In this document: positions 55,347 through 58,401 of the stretch, in pieces
Layout: each line of letters starts with the position of its first letter
Position numbering within the stretch: the first letter of the stretch is position 1
NCBI GenBank assembly: GCA_964471795.1
Contig: CAYYHM010000008.1
Span: forward strand, 1-58,401
Direction of reading: 5' to 3'
From: an uncultured Chitinophagales bacterium
Lineage (GTDB): Bacteria > Bacteroidota > Bacteroidia > Chitinophagales > S012-47
Length of the DNA stretch: 58,401 nt
Notes under the pieces: model-generated
Databases searched by the model: none
Told to the model about the DNA's origin: nothing
Seen by the model: only the letters and a program-made list of their open reading frames with translations
Program-made: the position numbers and the translations under genes

Positions 55347-56576
55347 ATGCCAGCTTATACCCCAAGAAAACACTATTTGCAAAAACTGCTTGCCTACAAG
55401 GATAAAGACCTGATAAAAGTTATCACTGGGTTACGCAGATCTGGCAAGTCTACACTGTTGGCTCTTTACCGTGCCGAACTGGAAAAGAGTGGAATCTCTT
55501 CCGGACAAATCATCTCTCTCAACTTCGAGGAAATTGGCCTTCGTAAATATCTTTCCGATGTGGATGGTTTGTATAACTACATCATGCAATCAATAGACAT
55601 TTCAAAGCCCTGCTATGTTGTTCTGGACGAAGTGCAAAACGTGGCAGACTTTGAACGACTGGTAGATGGCCTCTTCGTTACTCCAAACATAGATGTCTAT
55701 ATCACGGGATCCAACGCATTATTATTAAGTGGTGAACTGGCCACACTACTCAGTGGCAGATACATTGAGATTTCGATTTTACCGTTTTCCTTTTCGGAAT
55801 ATCTGGCGGCTAGAAACATTGATACGGACAAAGGACACCTTAACTATGAGGGTTTGTTTTTTGACTATGTGAATGAAACCTCGTTACCCGCCGGAATTTC
55901 TGTACGAGAGGCTGGCTACGACAAGGTGTACGAATACCTGGAGGCTATTTATAAAACCATCATCGAAAAAGACATCACACAACGACATAGAATCCATGAT
56001 AAACGTGCTTTCAGCAATGTCGTAAAATATGTAGCATCTGCTATCGGCAAACCGCTTTCACCAGGTAATATCTCGAAAACCTTACAACAAGACGGGCAAA
56101 GCACACATAACACTACCGTTGAGAAATATCTGGACTATCTAGAAACCAGTTTTGTTTTTTACAAGGTCAACCGATTTGATCTGAAAGGAAGAAAACAATT
56201 GGCTACCCAAGAAAAATACTACCTGGTAGACCCTGGATTGCTACATGTACTGGTAGGTAAGGATAGGACAACAGACAGGGGAAGAATTCTGGAAAATGTA
56301 ATTTTCCTTGAGCTACTGCGCAGGGGTAATAAAATATGGACAGGCACCAGCCGCCATAGTGAAGTCGATTTTGTTTGTAAGAATACTGCCGGCAATATTG
56401 AATACTATCAGGTGGCTTGGCAATTAACATCTGATGCTACTGCAGAGCGAGAGTTTGGGGCACTCGAAAAAATCAATGATAATTATCCGAAATACTTGCT
56501 CACAACAGACAACTTTACCCAAAACCACAAGGGTATACTTCATATCAATGTATTCAACTGGCTACTGAACAGATGA
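55347..56576 (+). CDS. AAA+ ATPase of the AAA_14/DUF4143 family
   Basis: Walker A ITGLRRSGKSTLL, Walker B YVVLDEVQ, C-terminal DUF4143-like region (YLVDPGL..., EVDFV). ATG 55347 is preferred to the TTG/ATG at 55326/55332. The gene looks AT-richer than its neighbours. Confidence 0.8.
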   Translation: MPAYTPRKHYLQKLLAYKDKDLIKVITGLRRSGKSTLLALYRAELEKSGISSGQIISLNFEEIGLRKYLSDVDGLYNYIMQSIDISKPCYVVLDEVQNVADFERLVDGLFVTPNIDVYITGSNALLLSGELATLLSGRYIEISILPFSFSEYLAARNIDTDKGHLNYEGLFFDYVNETSLPAGISVREAGYDKVYEYLEAIYKTIIEKDITQRHRIHDKRAFSNVVKYVASAIGKPLSPGNISKTLQQDGQSTHNTTVEKYLDYLETSFVFYKVNRFDLKGRKQLATQEKYYLVDPGLLHVLVGKDRTTDRGRILENVIFLELLRRGNKIWTGTSRHSEVDFVCKNTAGNIEYYQVAWQLTSDATAEREFGALEKINDNYPKYLLTTDNFTQNHKGILHINVFNWLLNR

Positions 56577-56647
56577 TTGAATCAGGCATCCATCAATGAA
56601 ATATCAAGTAATGGAAGTTGTTGCCATTGCAGTTCATGCCATACAGA

Positions 56648-56797
56648 TTAAGGCCTATTCCGCCTGCACCTTTCACTGCAGTATTTCACCTCGTCCCACA
56701 CCTTTTCCCATTTCTTGCGCCACGCAAAGGGCCGGCCACACACGGTACAGGTTTTTGTGGGCAGATGTGTTTTAGAATGGGTTTTGCCAGAACGCAT
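56648..56797 (-). CDS. DUF2256 zinc-ribbon protein (49 aa)
   Basis: [49 protein letters not shown] with CxxC...CxxxC. Only the last 49 codons of track ORF 56648-57196 are plausible. The start overlaps the photolyase stop by 26 nt. Confidence 0.7.
   Translation of the reverse strand: MRSGKTHSKTHLPTKTCTVCGRPFAWRKKWEKVWDEVKYCSERCRRNRP
56656..56710. repeat. Direct repeat copy B (55 bp), inside the 3' end of the intact DUF2256 gene
   Basis: tattccgcctgcacctTtcactGcagtatttcacctcGtcccacaccttttccca. Lies 1506 bp to the right of copy A. Confidence 0.9.
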
Positions 56798-58247
56798 TAC
56801 GGGCTCCTTTTTTAACGTGTTTCGCAGTGATGGCCTTTGCAGCTCGTTTGCTCTCAGCCATGCCGGCCACACGCCACAATTGTGTGCGGGCATGGGCATA
56901 CCGCTCCTTGAGGTCGATGATGGGCAGAGGGTAGTGCACGCCCGGCTTAAAACGATAGAATGCACTTTCCAGCTCGGTAACCAGCCATGGTTCGTGGATG
57001 TAGGCCACAGGCAGATCCTGCAACTCAGGCACCCACTGCCTGATAAATCGGGCTTCTGCATCCTGCTCCTGACTTTGGCGCACCGGGTTGTAGATCCGGA
57101 AAGTGTTGATACCCGTGGTGCCGGCCTGCATCTGGAACTGCGGAAAGTGGATGCCCGGCTCAAAGTCGGTGAATTGCTGTGCCAGCCAATGCGCACCCTC
57201 CTGCCACGGCTGCCATAGCAGATGCGTAAGGAACGATACCAGCATGGCCCGCATCCGAAAGTTGAGGTACCCGGTAGCTACCACGCTGCGCATACAGGCG
57301 TCTACCAATGGAAAACCGGTTTGGCCGGTACGCCAGGCTTCAAACAAGTGCTCATCAAATTCCAGGCGAATTTGGTTGAACCCACTATTCAAGTTGTCCC
57401 ACTCATAGCGCTGTTCGGCCTCCAGCTTCTGCATGAAATGGCTGCGCCATGCCAAACGACTGGCAAACTGCTTTAGGTGACGCTTCTGGCCACCCACCTC
57501 CCAGGCTTGCCGCGAAGCCTGAAATACCTGCCGCAAACTTAGCGTTCCCCATGCCAGGTGTGGCGACAGGCGACTGCAGCTCTGCGGCGCCAGCGCCGGC
57601 TTGGAGATGTTCGTTATATATTGGTGATGACGGTCTGCCAGAAAAGATTGCAGCAATTCCATGCCTCTAGTAGTGCCCCCTGGTTGGAAAAGCACATTCG
57701 TTTTCTCATACTGCGGTAGCCATGACACTACCTCGCCGGGAAGCATGGCAAAAATAGCCTTAGCCCACTCGGGCGTCTGCAACGATGCCCGCAACTCACT
57801 GAGCCGATGCTCCGCCCAGCCGTCACGTTTCCGCAAGCCACGGATCACTCCCTGCGTAGGAAACTCATGCCACGGAATGCCTCTTTGTTGCAGCCAACGT
57901 TTCACCGCCTTGTCACGGTCCCACGTCCATTGGATGCCTACTTCCTCTGTGCTGTAAACGCCCTTGATATCGAAGTGCCCAATCAGCCACTCCAGCCAGG
58001 GCTCTACCTCGCTGTGAATAAGGTGCACCTGCCCGTTATAGGGAGCCAAGGCCCGATTGATGTCGACTACACTCTGCTTTACAAACTGCCAATGGCGGGC
58101 ATCGCTGGTAGGCTGTAGCATGAGGCCGGGCTCCAACAAGGCAAATGCCAGCATCGGCAAACCGGTGTCGATAGCGGCCTTGAACGATGGATGGTCCTCC
58201 ACCCGCAAGTCACGTTTCAGCCATACCAGATTCACCGCTGTATGCAT
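56772..58247 (-). CDS. Cryptochrome/photolyase-family FAD-binding protein
   Basis: N-terminal [16 protein letters not shown] photolyase alpha/beta-domain motif. C-terminal FAD-binding region (...[22 protein letters not shown]...FIRQWVPEL). Confidence 0.85.
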   Translation of the reverse strand: MHTAVNLVWLKRDLRVEDHPSFKAAIDTGLPMLAFALLEPGLMLQPTSDARHWQFVKQSVVDINRALAPYNGQVHLIHSEVEPWLEWLIGHFDIKGVYSTEEVGIQWTWDRDKAVKRWLQQRGIPWHEFPTQGVIRGLRKRDGWAEHRLSELRASLQTPEWAKAIFAMLPGEVVSWLPQYEKTNVLFQPGGTTRGMELLQSFLADRHHQYITNISKPALAPQSCSRLSPHLAWGTLSLRQVFQASRQAWEVGGQKRHLKQFASRLAWRSHFMQKLEAEQRYEWDNLNSGFNQIRLEFDEHLFEAWRTGQTGFPLVDACMRSVVATGYLNFRMRAMLVSFLTHLLWQPWQEGAHWLAQQFTDFEPGIHFPQFQMQAGTTGINTFRIYNPVRQSQEQDAEARFIRQWVPELQDLPVAYIHEPWLVTELESAFYRFKPGVHYPLPIIDLKERYAHARTQLWRVAGMAESKRAAKAITAKHVKKGARNAFWQNPF

Positions 58248-58291
58248 GGCTGATTAAGGCCAACCAATGGCACTTTGTTGACTACCGGGCA

Positions 58292-58316
58292 CAAAAAAGT
58301 CCGGCGCAAGGCCGGA
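58292..58316 (-). terminator. Rho-independent terminator of the partial upstream minus-strand gene
   Basis: The minus strand reads GTCCGGCC-ttg-CGCCGGAC followed by TTTTTT, about 35 nt after the TGA at 58351-58353. Confidence 0.7.
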
Positions 58317-58350
58317 CTCGGTATGTATGGTTATGAGTAGACTACTCGGC

Positions 58351-58401
58351 TCAGGCCTGTACCTGATAGCTGTGCCAGTTCTGATTCAGCGACTGCATGT
58401 G
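58351..58401 (-). CDS. 3' end of an unidentified gene running off the window
   Basis: Open minus-strand frame ...HMQSLNQNWHSYQVQA* with TGA at 58351-58353, followed by a hairpin and T-tract terminator. Confidence 0.3.
   Translation of the reverse strand, partial: HMQSLNQNWHSYQVQA

Noticed and set aside
56798-57196. N-terminal 133 codons of track ORF 56648-57196
   Set aside because: This part lies in an alternative frame inside the photolyase-family gene and is Arg/Ser/Pro-rich. Only the last 49 codons (from the ATG at 56797) form the DUF2256 zinc ribbon.
58268-58282. TGGCAC-tttgt-TGAC sigma-54-like motif
   Set aside because: It has the wrong spacing and lacks the -12 GC. It is oriented on the plus strand towards a terminator and a convergent gene end, so it has nothing to drive.
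1-58401. Search for tRNA, rRNA, CRISPR arrays, transposases, integrases, toxin-antitoxin pairs and reverse transcriptases
   Set aside because: No intergenic region exceeds about 270 nt, and none shows cloverleaf-like structure or spaced direct repeats. No translated ORF shows DDE, tyrosine- or serine-recombinase, or RT motifs. The only repeat pair found is the 55-bp direct repeat reported above.

Overview
This 58.4 kb window looks like chromosomal DNA from a Bacteroidota genome. The evidence is gldD/gldE, PorZ-like and other T9SS C-terminal sorting domains, TAnnTTTG -7 promoter boxes with no Shine-Dalgarno sequences, and a high GC content (judged by eye, not computed). Gene density is high: about 49 CDS, with many 1-4 nt junctions or overlaps. 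I found no rRNA, tRNA, CRISPR array, transposase or integrase.

The housekeeping backbone includes rpoN, asnS, ileS-dksA/traR-lspA, recO, the conserved mutY-ssb-gldE-gldD block, and HU-TPR-(tiny basic ORF)-RNase G. Catabolic and peptide-degrading genes include an arginase-family enzyme, an amidinotransferase-family enzyme, adjacent S46 and S9 dipeptidyl peptidases, and an amidohydrolase pair. There is also a LytTR response regulator with a hybrid histidine kinase.

Three stretches look accessory:
- 8.0-15.6 kb: a tightly packed six-gene operon in which every product carries an export signal. It encodes four lipoproteins, one Tat-signal DUF1501-like protein and one 1161-aa CUB/PKD protein with a T9SS type-B sorting domain. 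It resembles a split version of the uncharacterised planctomycete PSCyt/DUF1549 + DUF1501 gene pair. This is my best candidate for an undescribed system.
- 49.3-51.1 kb: a T9SS-cargo gene sitting inside the conserved mutY/HU neighbourhood.
- About 55.1-56.7 kb: an AT-richer island with a single AAA+/DUF4143 ATPase gene. It is bracketed by 55-bp direct repeats (52/55 identical) derived from the 3' end of a DUF2256 zinc-ribbon gene, and a start-less DUF2256 relic remains on the left side.

A 30-codon ultra-basic ORF missing from the ORF track (52486-52578) resembles ribosomal protein bS22. All functional calls come from reading motifs in the translations by eye. No database searches were run.
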